A stretch of DNA of 64,000 nucleotides from a candidate division FCPU426 bacterium (GCA_040756875.1 JBFLYH010000001.1:1244878-1308877); one strand, 5' to 3'. Counted from the stretch's first letter, positions 1 through 10,453 are shown. Notes: generated by a model not told the origin, from the sequence alone. Numbers and translations are program-made.

Positions 1-221
1 GAGCAAGCGGCTGCCAAACCGCGGTAATAGCCCGGCCGGAACACCCCGTGCTTGAGGGGAACCACCTTCACGTCCACCGCAGGCGCGAGGGCCTCCGCCA
101 GGGCGCGCGAAAAATCAGCGATGCCGCAGGGTTCGTCCCAGGAAGTAAGCATGGCCACGCGCAGGGGCCGGGAGGTTGAAGCGGCGCCGGCGTCGCGGGA
201 TGACGAGTGCGGGAGAGGCAT
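1..221 (-). CDS. Glycosyltransferase family 4, N-terminal part (continues beyond window start)
   Basis: Manual translation from ATG 221: MPLPHS...RPLRVAMLTSWDEPCGIADFSRALAEAL, a typical GT4 N-terminus; open to base 1. Confidence 0.65.
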   Translation of the reverse strand, partial: MPLPHSSSRDAGAASTSRPLRVAMLTSWDEPCGIADFSRALAEALAPAVDVKVVPLKHGVFRPGYYRGLAAAC

Positions 222-309
222 GCAAAGGTCCTGATTCAGGAAGTAGGAACTATGGGATTATTGTACGGCTTTTTCGCATTTTTGTCAGCAGGGGCTTTGA
301 AATGCGCCG

Positions 310-462
310 TTAGCGCCGAAGCAGAATAATCCCGGCTGTCCCGCAGCCCGTGATCACCGCCAGATCGATCACAAGCCATAAATGAGGATTGTTGATCAGC
401 AGCCCGGCCACGACCAGGCCCGCCAGCGCCAGCAGCAAAATTCCCAAAAAACGGTTGTTCAT
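310..462 (-). CDS. Small 50-aa two-TM membrane protein
   Basis: MNNRFLGILLLALAGLVVAGLL...; ATG 462 follows GAAGCAGGGG, just downstream of the ferredoxin. Confidence 0.6.
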   Translation of the reverse strand: MNNRFLGILLLALAGLVVAGLLINNPHLWLVIDLAVITGCGTAGIILLRR

Positions 463-479
463 CGCGGCCCCCTGCTTCC

Positions 480-680
480 TTATTTGTTGATGTGGATAGC
501 TGCGGTCGGGCACACGCGCTCGCACCCGGCCAGGCGGTCGCACAGCTGGTCGTCGGTCACCCGGCATTTTCCCGTTTCCGGATCCAGATACAGGATCTTT
601 TTCGGGCACAAGTCCACGCATTTCCCGCAGCCCGTGCAGGCATCCTCATCGATTTGCACTACCACTGTCTGTTGAGTCAT
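480..680 (-). CDS. 4Fe-4S dicluster ferredoxin
   Basis: CTGCGKCVDLCP and CDRLAGCERVCP motifs. Confidence 0.9.
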   Translation of the reverse strand: MTQQTVVVQIDEDACTGCGKCVDLCPKKILYLDPETGKCRVTDDQLCDRLAGCERVCPTAAIHINK

Positions 681-872
681 TGCCGGTCATCCCCTTCTCC
701 ATATCAACGGCCATCTCAACCCCGGACGGCGAATCATTTTGGTTGAACCCGCCCTGCCTGTCAACCGGCAAATCCTGTCATTCATGGTTTTATTTTCATA
801 GAAACAAGTGTAAGATTCCGTCCATCCGAGCATCTAAATGATACCACCCACATCGTCGGGAAAGAGGAGAAC

Positions 873-2693
873 ATGAAACGCATACTACTCGTCGGCTTAA
901 GCCTGAGTCTGCTGGTTCCCTCCGCGGCCCTGGCCTCGGTCCTGTTGCTGCAGGACGGCGTGTGCCTCGATCAAGCCGAGATTATCAGCAATGTGGACTG
1001 GGTCATTACCTTCAGCCGCGAAGGCCAAACCTACCGGATCAACGCCGACCGCATCGTGGAAGTCGCTGACGCCGTGCCTGAAAACTACCGGGTGCTGGCC
1101 CCTGCCGAATTCCCGGACTACGTCACTCCTGCCGGCGAGGCGGCTCCGTTGCCCGAACCCGCGGAATCCGGGTCAGCCGCGTCCGAGCCCCAAACCCCGG
1201 AACTTGCGGCTGACGAGGAAGCTGAAGAAGAACCGCTCTCCCCCACCCCGGAAGCAGGGGACGCCTTCAGAATCCAGGACGTGGGCTGGGTGGATGACAC
1301 GGACTTCCTGTTCAACCTGATGTTCAATGGTTATTACCAGGCCTCTCAGGGGGTAAGCGCGTCTATTCAACCTTACGGGAGCAGTAGCTCTCTTGAAGCC
1401 AGCTTAGTCGAACTGGACGCAGGTTTTGCGGGCCGGGGTTACACCCAGCCGCTCGAATGGGAATTCAACGTGCCCCTGGGCGTTGTCATGGACCCCCGAT
1501 CCATGATTATCTACAAGGATGCAGGACCTTTCATCGCCGGAAACGCAGAGGCTGGCGGAGAGGTGTATTACTACCCGGGCAAACCCTTTATCAGCGTGAT
1601 GGCGGATTATGCCGGGTACTTCCGGGAAGCCTATATCCGCAACCGGATCCAGGCCACGGTCCGCGTTGGCGAAGGCAGGCTGTTCAGGGGCCGGCACGCC
1701 TATCAGGCCCTGCAGATCATCGCGGACCTGGAGTCCGAAGGCAAGCTTCTCAAACCGCTCTCCAGCCAGGACGCGCAGGAGCTCAGCGCCATCATCGCGC
1801 ACGCCCGCAATAAATACCTCTTCGACCAGCGCGCCGAAACCCTGGACGCCGTGGAACAAATCGCGGAATTTCTGAAAAAACGGGGATATATCAGTGATGT
1901 GCGCAGCGTTTTGATCGCAGACGATACGTACCGCTATGTTTCGGACCTTGACCGGGACTTTGGCGCGCGGGGGTACTTCCAGTATCAACGGCTGTACGAC
2001 GACGGCACCCCGCAACTGGGCGAAGGCGGGCAGGAAGAACAAAGCCACCGGGTGGGCGCTGGGTGCGACATGGCTTTTCCCCTCAGCCGGATCTGGCAGT
2101 TGAACGCTTCGCTCGGCCTGGATGCCACGGTGGATTACCTGTCGCGGAAAATAACCCGCGAGACTTACCAATATTATTACTACTCCTACTATTATTATTA
2201 CCCGTACACTTATTCCTACGACAAGTTATCCGAAACCCGCGCCCAAGGGGTCCTTTTCGAGCCTCGCGCCCAGGTTGAGCTCTTCTTCCTCCCGACCACC
2301 CGGGTGCTGTTAAGCCTGTCCAATCAGTTCACCATGACCTATGGAAAATACCATGCCCGGATCGAGCAATGGAAAAATGTCCCTGTCTATTATTATTACA
2401 ACCCCTATTACTCCTATTATTATTATGCCTGGCGGAAATTCAGGGATGACTATGAGTATTATGGCCTGCAATGGCAGGACCAGGTCAGGTTTGCTTTTTC
2501 CTACCAACTCAGCCAGCGGCTGGATTTGGAAATCGCCCTTGATTTCGATTATACCTTCGACCGGGCCGAGGAGGCGTCTGGAATGAGCGTGGACATGAGC
2601 TCAGGCGCCCAAACCCCGTTTACCTCCGCGCCCCAGACGAACTACACCTATTCGGGAAAGGCCACCATCGGGGTCAATTACCGGTTTTTCTGA
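873..2693 (+). CDS. Secreted, probable outer-membrane beta-barrel protein with poly-Tyr loops
   Basis: Signal peptide, RBS AGAGGAG, amphipathic beta-strands, C-terminal IGVNYRFF, two Tyr runs. Confidence 0.7.
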   Translation: MKRILLVGLSLSLLVPSAALASVLLLQDGVCLDQAEIISNVDWVITFSREGQTYRINADRIVEVADAVPENYRVLAPAEFPDYVTPAGEAAPLPEPAESGSAASEPQTPELAADEEAEEEPLSPTPEAGDAFRIQDVGWVDDTDFLFNLMFNGYYQASQGVSASIQPYGSSSSLEASLVELDAGFAGRGYTQPLEWEFNVPLGVVMDPRSMIIYKDAGPFIAGNAEAGGEVYYYPGKPFISVMADYAGYFREAYIRNRIQATVRVGEGRLFRGRHAYQALQIIADLESEGKLLKPLSSQDAQELSAIIAHARNKYLFDQRAETLDAVEQIAEFLKKRGYISDVRSVLIADDTYRYVSDLDRDFGARGYFQYQRLYDDGTPQLGEGGQEEQSHRVGAGCDMAFPLSRIWQLNASLGLDATVDYLSRKITRETYQYYYYSYYYYYPYTYSYDKLSETRAQGVLFEPRAQVELFFLPTTRVLLSLSNQFTMTYGKYHARIEQWKNVPVYYYYNPYYSYYYYAWRKFRDDYEYYGLQWQDQVRFAFSYQLSQRLDLEIALDFDYTFDRAEEASGMSVDMSSGAQTPFTSAPQTNYTYSGKATIGVNYRFF

Positions 2694-2804
2694 TCAGCTG
2701 CTATTCCAGTGCGTCCCGAGAACCGGCGGGCCGGGCCAGTTGCCGCAAACCGCGCGGAAAATATTTTCCGCGGTCTGGCCACCGCCCCCCCCGATAACGA
2801 TTCC

Positions 2805-3158
2805 CTACCGGTAGAACTCAGCCCCTGCTTCACGGGAGAGCTTCTCGACCCAGATGCCCTTGAGCGTCTTCAGGTCCTCGCCGTAGTCCTGCGGTTCTTC
2901 GGTCTGTTTGTAGGCCAGGTGATCCACGACTTCGAAGCTGAACGCCCCGGGGCCCGCCTCGCGCCAGGCCGCCTGCAGTTCCTCGCAGGGGTGCCGGCCG
3001 CATTCCAGCCTGAACCGAGCGCCGTTCATGGTGCCCTTGAGGTCAGCCGTAGCCTCGATGAAGCGTTTCCCGTCCCTCAGGTTCCGGATCACGAACACGC
3101 CCATGTCCGGCCGGTACTGTTTGAATTGTTCTTTCAGTTCTTTGTGTTTTTTGCTCAC
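2805..3158 (-). CDS. GIY-YIG nuclease family protein (small, stand-alone)
   Basis: GVFVIRNLRDGKRFIEAT...RFRLECGRHPCEELQAAW...FSFEVVD; GTG start 3158 right after the TPM gene. Confidence 0.75.
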   Translation of the reverse strand: MSKKHKELKEQFKQYRPDMGVFVIRNLRDGKRFIEATADLKGTMNGARFRLECGRHPCEELQAAWREAGPGAFSFEVVDHLAYKQTEEPQDYGEDLKTLKGIWVEKLSREAGAEFYR

Positions 3159-3165
3159 GTTGCTT

Positions 3166-4128
3166 TCACCACGACCGGCTGGATCCGCCGCCGCCCGATG
3201 AACCTCCGCTGAAACTGGACCCGCCGCCGAAACTGCCCGAGCTCGACCCGCTGCTGAAGCTGCCGAACCCCGACCCGCCGCCGTAATACGTGCGGCCGTT
3301 GACCTGGACATGGCCGCTGGCCAGCGCGGCTTTCAGGAACTTTTTCCCCCGGCTGATGCCCACGATGAACATCAGTACCGCCCAGGCCGGAAGGATGTAA
3401 ACCGGGAAATTCATGACCAGCCCGAAAATGATGCTCATGACCAGGGGAATGCCGCCAAAGCCCGAGCCCCAGAGCACGAAAAACGGTTCGCCGCCCTTGC
3501 CCAGGCCCGAGCCCAGGGCCAGAAAACCGATGGTGATGAAAAGGGCGAAGAACAGCACGATGCCCACTTTCATCTGCCAGGACGGTTCGTCGGACGAAAC
3601 CGTATCCTGGGGATGGAAGGTGCTCTCGGGCGGCAGGGAGTCCTGGTTCATCAGCAGGGTCATGATTTGCGCGCAGCCGTTGAGCGCGCCCTGGCCGTAA
3701 TCCCCGGCTTTAAACGCCGGCAGCACCTGTTCGTCGAGAATCCGCCCGCAACGACCGTCCGTCAGCACGGGTTCGAGCCCGTAGCCGACCTCGATGCGGA
3801 CCTTGCGCTCATTGGGCGCGATCAGCAGCAGTGCGCCGTTGTCTTTGCCTTTTTCACCGATGCCCCACTGGTTGAACAACTGGTTGGCGTAGGTATCCAC
3901 GGCCAGGCCGTCGAGGGAGGCGACTGTCACCACCGCCAGCTCAGCGCCGGTGGCGGTTTTCACGTAATCGAGCAGGCCCGCGATTTGCGCTTCCTTGTCC
4001 GCGGGAATGACGTCGGCAAAATCGCTCACCCGGCCCATGGGCCTGGCCGGCATTTCGGCCCAACCCCAAACCGCCGGCGCCAGCCACAGCAGGGCCGCGG
4101 CCGCGGCGGCACGCATCCAGGTTCTCAT
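3166..4128 (-). CDS. TPM-domain (YgcG-like) membrane protein
   Basis: VSDFADVI, WGIGEKGKDNGALLLIAPNERKVRIEVGYGLE, Gly/Ser tail ending GGGGSSRSW. Confidence 0.92.
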   Translation of the reverse strand: MRTWMRAAAAAALLWLAPAVWGWAEMPARPMGRVSDFADVIPADKEAQIAGLLDYVKTATGAELAVVTVASLDGLAVDTYANQLFNQWGIGEKGKDNGALLLIAPNERKVRIEVGYGLEPVLTDGRCGRILDEQVLPAFKAGDYGQGALNGCAQIMTLLMNQDSLPPESTFHPQDTVSSDEPSWQMKVGIVLFFALFITIGFLALGSGLGKGGEPFFVLWGSGFGGIPLVMSIIFGLVMNFPVYILPAWAVLMFIVGISRGKKFLKAALASGHVQVNGRTYYGGGSGFGSFSSGSSSGSFGGGSSFSGGSSGGGGSSRSW

Positions 4129-4135
4129 AAGCGCC

Positions 4136-4795
4136 TCAGGCTGCATCGATGATGCGCACCGCGCCGGAGAGCGCCTCATGCAGGGCCAGAAACATACGCT
4201 TCAGTTCCGGCTTGCCCGGGCGGACATTGGACTCCCGCAGGCGGGTGAGCTCCTGCCAGGCTTGCGGCGGAAGGGCCTTCAGCTTCGGAAAAACCGCCTG
4301 CCCCTGCCGGATCAGGTAGGCCAGGGACTTTCCGGCCTGGCGCAAATACAGTTCCAGGGCTTGCCGGTCGTTCCGGAATCTCAGCCAGTTCGAGCGCAGG
4401 GCCAGGAGCTTGGAGCGGAGTTCGAACTCCAGCTGGAAGCGCAGGTTCTTTTTGTCCGCGCGTCGGCCCCGGAAGGGGTCCTTGCCCAGCAGGCACTGGT
4501 GGCTGGCTTGGATATCCGCGAATTCAAGGGCAAACACGTCCCAGGCGCGCTTCAGTTCGGCCTCGGCCCAAAACACCAGGCTGGCCCTGAGCCCGCGCAG
4601 GTGCTTGCGGGTGGCTTCGTCTATTTCAGCCATCTGTTCGAGGTCCGCCTGCTTAAGCACCACCAGCAGGTTCAAGTCCGAATATTTATCCAGGCTTTCC
4701 TTGCGCGCGGCGCTGCCGTATAAAATCACGGCTGACAAAGCGTTGCCTGCCTGCGTTTGGATCGCCTGTGTCCAGGCTGTCAGAGCTGCTTGCAT
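4136..4795 (-). CDS. Nucleotidyltransferase-fold protein (TPM/LemA-associated type)
   Basis: ILYGSAAR...SDLNLLVV, DVFALEFADI, LRFQLEFELRSKLL; RBS AGGAGG. Confidence 0.8.
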   Translation of the reverse strand: MQAALTAWTQAIQTQAGNALSAVILYGSAARKESLDKYSDLNLLVVLKQADLEQMAEIDEATRKHLRGLRASLVFWAEAELKRAWDVFALEFADIQASHQCLLGKDPFRGRRADKKNLRFQLEFELRSKLLALRSNWLRFRNDRQALELYLRQAGKSLAYLIRQGQAVFPKLKALPPQAWQELTRLRESNVRPGKPELKRMFLALHEALSGAVRIIDAA

Positions 4796-4806
4796 ACGCC
4801 CTCCTG

Positions 4807-6426
4807 TCAATGGGTTACGGCAATCCTGATTGTTTTCAATTCCATGCCCGGCGCCTGCACCCGGGCCAAATACACGCCTGAAGCTGCGGACCGGCAATTC
4901 CACACCAGCACACCCCGGCCTGCAGGTAGATCTTCCTTAACCTGGGCGATCAGCTCCGCGTTCAGATTGTAGATTGAAACCGTCGCCTCTCCAGCCTCGG
5001 CCATTTCCACCGTAAAGGAGACCTGTTCCTTGGCCGGAATCGGGTAAGCCTCGACCCGGAGTGACGGAACCGGCGCCAGCGTGGGCGTCGGGGAGATACT
5101 AGCGGTTGGGCTGATCGTCGAAGTCGCCGTGATCGTGGGCGTGGCGGAAAAAGTCGGCGTGCGCGAAGCGGTCAGGGTGATGGTCCGCGTGGCTGACGCG
5201 GTTAGTGACGCGGTGGCCGTAGGCGTGGCTGTGGCGGTCTGGCTCGCGGTCTGGCTCGCGGTCCGGGTGGGTGTGAAAGTGGCGGTCCGGCTCGCAGTGG
5301 GGCTGGCCGTCGCCGTGTGCGTGAAGGTTGTTGTGGCCGTGGGCGTGGCGGTCGGCGGAATCCATTCATATTCATAGACTGTCCCGTCGCCGGAGCCTGC
5401 GTACAGATATGGGGTGCTGGTGTCACGGCCTGTTCCCAAGGCCAAGGAATAGATGTCATTGGCCGAGGGTGAGCCGCAGTTCACTGGCGTGCCCCAACAC
5501 ACTCCATTCCAGGTCATTTCGTAAACCGCGTTGTTGGCCGTGGCCGCGTACAGACGCACTGTGCCGTCATTGCGCCCGTCGCCGAGCGCAAGTGCAAAAA
5601 CCGCACCGATGGAGGACGCGGTGATGGAAGAAGAGACCCAGCTGCCGCTATAGCCAGATTCCCAAATTTGGCCGTTATTGTTGCCGCAATAGACGTAGCG
5701 GGTGGCACTGCCGTTGCGGCCGGCTTCGATTACGATGTCATTGATTTGAGCGCCGGTATTGACGATTTGCGTACGAACATAGGGTGCGCCATTGTAGCGG
5801 AACTCATACAACCTGCCGTCCGCCCCGCCTCCGTAAACATAGTAATTACTGTCCGTGCTGCGCCCCAGGCCCACGGCCACTGCATGGGCACCCAAAGTAC
5901 CCGTGGAACCGACCGTGGTGGGAGCATTCCAAGCCGAACCATTGTAATAATACTCATAAAGGTTGTTGTCTTCACAGGCTACATAACCATAGATAGTGGA
6001 GGTGTTCCTTCCCGGGCCGATATCGGTTTTCTGGCACACGTCGGATCTGGTCAGATTGGTCTCCACGAACGACGCGCCATTGTACCTGAACGAGCAAGCA
6101 CTGTTGTTTTCATTGCCCGTAAACAGGATTTGGCCCGCCCAATTGGTCGGTTGTCCCACGGTCACGCCCAAATAGGCCCATTCTGTTCCCAGTGTATGGC
6201 CGAATTGAACCCGGGTCCAGCCTGACCCGTTCCATGTGTATTCATACATATAAGTGTTGTTGTTGGCGGCGTACAGCCGGGTAATCCCGTCATTACGTCC
6301 GCTGCCCAGCGTGAGATCCATGGCACTGTCGGATTCACTCCAGACCGTGTTTATCTGCCAGGTCGCGAAAGCTGGTGCAGCGGACAATACCAGCAATACC
6401 AGCAGGCTCCCCCATGCGGTTTTCAT
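4807..6426 (-). CDS. Secreted beta-propeller-like protein with Thr/Pro linker and T9SS-type C-terminal domain
   Basis: Signal peptide; repeated GxGRNDG..LYA...YEY.W units; TATPT linker; YPIPA...SIYNLNAEL...WN...ASGVYL. Confidence 0.85.
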   Translation of the reverse strand: MKTAWGSLLVLLVLSAAPAFATWQINTVWSESDSAMDLTLGSGRNDGITRLYAANNNTYMYEYTWNGSGWTRVQFGHTLGTEWAYLGVTVGQPTNWAGQILFTGNENNSACSFRYNGASFVETNLTRSDVCQKTDIGPGRNTSTIYGYVACEDNNLYEYYYNGSAWNAPTTVGSTGTLGAHAVAVGLGRSTDSNYYVYGGGADGRLYEFRYNGAPYVRTQIVNTGAQINDIVIEAGRNGSATRYVYCGNNNGQIWESGYSGSWVSSSITASSIGAVFALALGDGRNDGTVRLYAATANNAVYEMTWNGVCWGTPVNCGSPSANDIYSLALGTGRDTSTPYLYAGSGDGTVYEYEWIPPTATPTATTTFTHTATASPTASRTATFTPTRTASQTASQTATATPTATASLTASATRTITLTASRTPTFSATPTITATSTISPTASISPTPTLAPVPSLRVEAYPIPAKEQVSFTVEMAEAGEATVSIYNLNAELIAQVKEDLPAGRGVLVWNCRSAASGVYLARVQAPGMELKTIRIAVTH

Positions 6427-6453
6427 GGTTCCCCTCCCATGCGATCTGAGACG

Positions 6454-7029
6454 TTATTTTTCAGACTCTGTTTCCGTTTTCGGCAAAACCGGCGCCGCGA
6501 CGATAATTTTCTTCGCTTTCATGGCGTAATACTCGTAGGGCGCGCCGATGGTCAAGCCCCTGGCCTGGGCTGCTTGCATGAGGGCCGGGTAGGTTTTCAT
6601 GGGCGCGATCATGTAGGACATCGGCAGGCGGATGGGAAACTCGGCCACCAGGCAGGCGGATTTTTCGATGGTCTTGAAGCGGTACTTAGTGCCCAAGGCT
6701 TGGGCCTTGACCATCTGCTCGGGCGTCAATACGCAGGCGCAGTCGCTGCGAAGCTGCGCGGCAGGCACCTGCCGGGGGTCGTCGTAATAGAGCCCGATGC
6801 CGTCCTCGGTTTCGATGCCATCGGCCTTCAGGTTTTCGTACAGCCGGCTGAACACCCCGCCGGTTTGGGCATAGGGTCCGACAAACGACTCAAAGACCAC
6901 GGTGTAAGGGCCCATTTCCCGCTCATTCACCGGCACCGGGCTAAAAAGGCCCAGATAACCCAGAAATCCGGCCAGGCCGAGCAAAAGCACCGCCACTGCC
7001 GCGCCGATGATCGCAATGATTTTTTTCAT
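6454..7029 (-). CDS. GyrI-like small-molecule-binding domain protein with N-terminal anchor
   Basis: GPYAQTG, GIGLYYDDP, LRSDCACV, PYEYY. Confidence 0.75.
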   Translation of the reverse strand: MKKIIAIIGAAVAVLLLGLAGFLGYLGLFSPVPVNEREMGPYTVVFESFVGPYAQTGGVFSRLYENLKADGIETEDGIGLYYDDPRQVPAAQLRSDCACVLTPEQMVKAQALGTKYRFKTIEKSACLVAEFPIRLPMSYMIAPMKTYPALMQAAQARGLTIGAPYEYYAMKAKKIIVAAPVLPKTETESEK

Positions 7030-7065
7030 GACTTGCCTCCCCGGATCAGATTCGATACGCGCGCT

Positions 7066-7614
7066 TTAATCCCACGTGATTTGAAACCGCCACGCTTGCG
7101 GGTTGCGGTCAGTGATCACGACTTGGGGATTGGGCGAGCCGGTCAGTTCCAGCATGCCGGCAATATAGCCGCCGAGAAAATCAAGCTGGTATTCGGGAAA
7201 TTCGGGAAAATCACGGATGACGAAATCCGCCTGCCCATTGCGGATGTTCTCCACCCCGGCTGTCCCGGTATCAAAGTTGGTCCGCCACAGCACGGCAATG
7301 CGCTTGATGATGTAGGCTTTGGTGGGAATGCGCAGAAAGACTTTGTAGATCCCGCTCATGGCTTCGCGCGCGGCCAGGCGGCCGAATTTCGCGATCCGCT
7401 CCGGGTCTCCGGGAAACAGCATGTCCGCGCCGACCGGGATATCGCCCGGATCGTCCTTGAAATCGATCCAGCTGACTGCCAGCGCGTGTTGAAAGAGTTC
7501 CCTGCCCTGGGGCGACAGCCTTTCGAGAAACCGCCTTTCGAATTCAGGCCCCCGGGCTTTGACGAGTGCGCGGATCACTTCGATGCCGCTGCCCTTGTAT
7601 TTGGCCATCCGCAA
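7066..7614 (-). CDS. Hypothetical protein, DUF2378/V4R-like fold
   Basis: KGS start, FGRLAARE, W..NFDTG, GYIAGMLELTG, terminal FQITW. Confidence 0.55.
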   Translation of the reverse strand: MRMAKYKGSGIEVIRALVKARGPEFERRFLERLSPQGRELFQHALAVSWIDFKDDPGDIPVGADMLFPGDPERIAKFGRLAAREAMSGIYKVFLRIPTKAYIIKRIAVLWRTNFDTGTAGVENIRNGQADFVIRDFPEFPEYQLDFLGGYIAGMLELTGSPNPQVVITDRNPQAWRFQITWD

Positions 7615-7771
7615 CTCTCCTAGCGACTAGGCTGGATTCCCGGACAAGCCCGTATTATCGCACCGAGGGTTCCCTGGAATCAATTGCGGATTTGCCCGGG
7701 GTGCGATCCCCGGCGCCACGGTAACGGCGCTGTGATATACTGGTGTTATTCCTCGGGCATGGAAGGATGAC

Positions 7772-10453
7772 ATGACTTTGCAACCCAAGACCCGCCTGCT
7801 CTGGCGCGGATGGTTTCCGGCCATCGCCGGCCTCTGCCTGCTGGGAGTATTGCCCATGCTGGCCGGCGCCGCCGCGTATTACGTGCGGTCGGACGGCGAT
7901 GACGCCAACACCGGCCTCAGCGACCTCCAGGCGTGGAAAACCACGGACAAAGTAAACAGCTTCACCTTCCAAACCGGAGATGACGTCTATTTCCGCTGCA
8001 ACGACGCCTGGGTGATCTATTGGAGCCCGAATCCGGTCCTAACCGTGGACTGGAACGGCAGCGCGGCCGATCCCGCGGTCATCGGCGCCTATTACCTGGA
8101 TGGCGGAACCGAAGTCCGGGGCGTGCAGGGCAACAAACCCGACTTCGACGGCAACAGCCTGTTTCCGACTTCCGGCGAATATGCCACGCTCATGAACGTC
8201 TCCAACCGCCAGTATGTCACGATCGAAAACCTCCGCATCCGGCGCTCCCTGGCCCGCGGGTTGGGGGTTTTCGATTCGGCCAACATGCAAATCCTGAACG
8301 TGGATACGGAGCACACGTTCAACGAAGGCATCGTTTTGTATCAGGTGACCGACAGCCTGGCCCAGGGCTGCGATATTTCCTTCTCCAGCGAACGGCACCT
8401 GACCTATTACGGCGGCAACTCCGCCGGTTTTTCCCTCAACCAGAACAACCTCCGGGTGGTGCTGCGCCAATGCCGCTTGCACGAGAATTACGGCAACGGC
8501 ATCTTCATTTTCACGCGGAACCAGGACTGCATCGTCGAGAACAACGCCGTATATAATTCCGCCTCGGGCTACAACATCATTCTGGCCAACGGCTCCAGCA
8601 ACTGCGATTTGCGCAACAACCTCGTCTACGGCACCACGGTGACCGCTTTCCTGGACTGGCAGAACAAACCCTCCTCCGGCATCGTGGCCGCAGACTGGGG
8701 CTCGACCTACAAGCTGCAAAACAACCGCTATTACAACAACCTGATCGCCGGCTGCGACACCGGCATTTACATCCAATCCGACACCACCTTGCAGGACACC
8801 TTCGTCTACAACAACACGTTCGTCGACAATTTCACCAACCTGTATCTCGAGGGGCCGTTTGCCAATTGCGCGGTGCGAAACAACATCGTCTGGTGCCTCA
8901 CCACCGGCGGCGCGGACCCTTCCCTGCCCATCAGCCTGAACGCTTATTCCGGCCTGGCCCTGGACCACAATTTCTGGTCGGTTACGCCGACCGCCGCCGC
9001 CCAAGGCGCCGGTGACATCATCGGGGCCTCTCCCAAGCTGAAAAAACCTTCGGGTTGGCGGACCCTGGCCTCCGGCGCGGTGATCCCTGACGACTTCAAC
9101 CTGCAGGCCGACTCGCCGGCCATTGACGCGGCCTGGGACGCCGGCCCAGAATACGCCTTCGACGTGTCCGGAACCGCACGCCCCAAAGGTAAAGCCTGGG
9201 ATCTGGGAGCCTGGGAGAACATCGTGCCCGCCCAAATGCTGCAACTCTCGTGGGTGCCCGTACCGGCGGGACTGCTGTACCTGAACACCCTGGCCAACGT
9301 CGTCGGCCAGTTCAACTGCTTGGCCTTCAACTTCGACCTGCTCCAATCCCTGCGCCTGGAAAACCGCGGAACCGCCCTGGCCGGGCGCGACATTTCCCTC
9401 GTCAAGTTTTGGCGCCAGAACGGCGGAGGGGCGTTCAACCCGGCGGCCGCTTCCCCCCTCGGCGCCTTTGCCCCGGTCGGCCCGCAAACCTGGACCTGGT
9501 CCTCCTCCCCGCCGGGAGTCACCCTCAGCGACAGCGACCGCATCTATTTTACGGTGGATATTCCGGGCACGGCCCAGGGCGGGGCGTCCTGCCAATTCGC
9601 CTTGCCGGCCGAAGCTGCGGTTTTTACCTACAGCCGGCCGTTGGAACTGACCGAACTGGCCAATCCATATAGTCAGGGCATTCAAAGCACGGTGCTGCTC
9701 ACCCTGGACGTCCAGTCAACCGCGCCGGTCAACGCCCTTGTCGGCCAGCCGGAGTTGCCGCTGGGCCGGGTCACCCTGACCAATGTCTCGGGAGAAACCA
9801 AAAGCATCTTTGCGCTGCGGATGACCGGCAGCGACAAACAAGGCGTTCCGCTCCCGTTCGACCGGGTTTTCGACCGTCTCTGGTTGCAGAGCGGCAGCGC
9901 AGAAGTGGCTTCATTGTCCGGCGACCTGCTGGCCATCGGTGTTTTTTCTTTCACCCCCGCCCTGGTTTTCTCCAATCAAGACTCGCTGGTCCTGGAATTG
10001 TGCGGGCAAGTCAAAACCGCGCCAACCGCGGCCGGTTTCCGCCTGGAAATCCCCAACAACCAGTCAATCAACGGCGGTCAGATCCTCGCCGAACCGGTCT
10101 CAAGTAAAACCTTCCCCTTGCCCATCGCGGAAGTCAACCTCCGCCAGCCTTCCCTGGCCGCGGTCTTCAGCGCCTTTCCCAACCCGTTTCACCCCGCGCA
10201 AGAGGCGCTGCGCATCGCCTATTACGTTGAACAGCCCGCGCGCGTCCGCCTCTCCATTTGGACAACCGGCCAGGATTTGGTCAGGGAATTGGCGGACGCC
10301 GAGCAGGAGGCTGGCATTTATGAAACACCGTGGGACGGGAGAAACGGCCGCGCGCAACGGGTAAAAAGCGGCGTGTATCTGCTGCGGATCGAAGTGCGTC
10401 CCGCGCACGGCGGCGTGCAGACCGCAATCCGTAAAATCGCCGTGGCGAACTAA
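7772..10453 (+). CDS. Secreted right-handed beta-helix protein with FlgD-Ig/T9SS-type C-terminal domain
   Basis: YYVRSDGDDANTG, PbH1-like Asn-rich repeats, DFNLQADSPAIDA...WDLGAWE, FPNPFHP...WDGRNGRAQRVKSGVYL. Confidence 0.88.
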   Translation: MTLQPKTRLLWRGWFPAIAGLCLLGVLPMLAGAAAYYVRSDGDDANTGLSDLQAWKTTDKVNSFTFQTGDDVYFRCNDAWVIYWSPNPVLTVDWNGSAADPAVIGAYYLDGGTEVRGVQGNKPDFDGNSLFPTSGEYATLMNVSNRQYVTIENLRIRRSLARGLGVFDSANMQILNVDTEHTFNEGIVLYQVTDSLAQGCDISFSSERHLTYYGGNSAGFSLNQNNLRVVLRQCRLHENYGNGIFIFTRNQDCIVENNAVYNSASGYNIILANGSSNCDLRNNLVYGTTVTAFLDWQNKPSSGIVAADWGSTYKLQNNRYYNNLIAGCDTGIYIQSDTTLQDTFVYNNTFVDNFTNLYLEGPFANCAVRNNIVWCLTTGGADPSLPISLNAYSGLALDHNFWSVTPTAAAQGAGDIIGASPKLKKPSGWRTLASGAVIPDDFNLQADSPAIDAAWDAGPEYAFDVSGTARPKGKAWDLGAWENIVPAQMLQLSWVPVPAGLLYLNTLANVVGQFNCLAFNFDLLQSLRLENRGTALAGRDISLVKFWRQNGGGAFNPAAASPLGAFAPVGPQTWTWSSSPPGVTLSDSDRIYFTVDIPGTAQGGASCQFALPAEAAVFTYSRPLELTELANPYSQGIQSTVLLTLDVQSTAPVNALVGQPELPLGRVTLTNVSGETKSIFALRMTGSDKQGVPLPFDRVFDRLWLQSGSAEVASLSGDLLAIGVFSFTPALVFSNQDSLVLELCGQVKTAPTAAGFRLEIPNNQSINGGQILAEPVSSKTFPLPIAEVNLRQPSLAAVFSAFPNPFHPAQEALRIAYYVEQPARVRLSIWTTGQDLVRELADAEQEAGIYETPWDGRNGRAQRVKSGVYLLRIEVRPAHGGVQTAIRKIAVAN

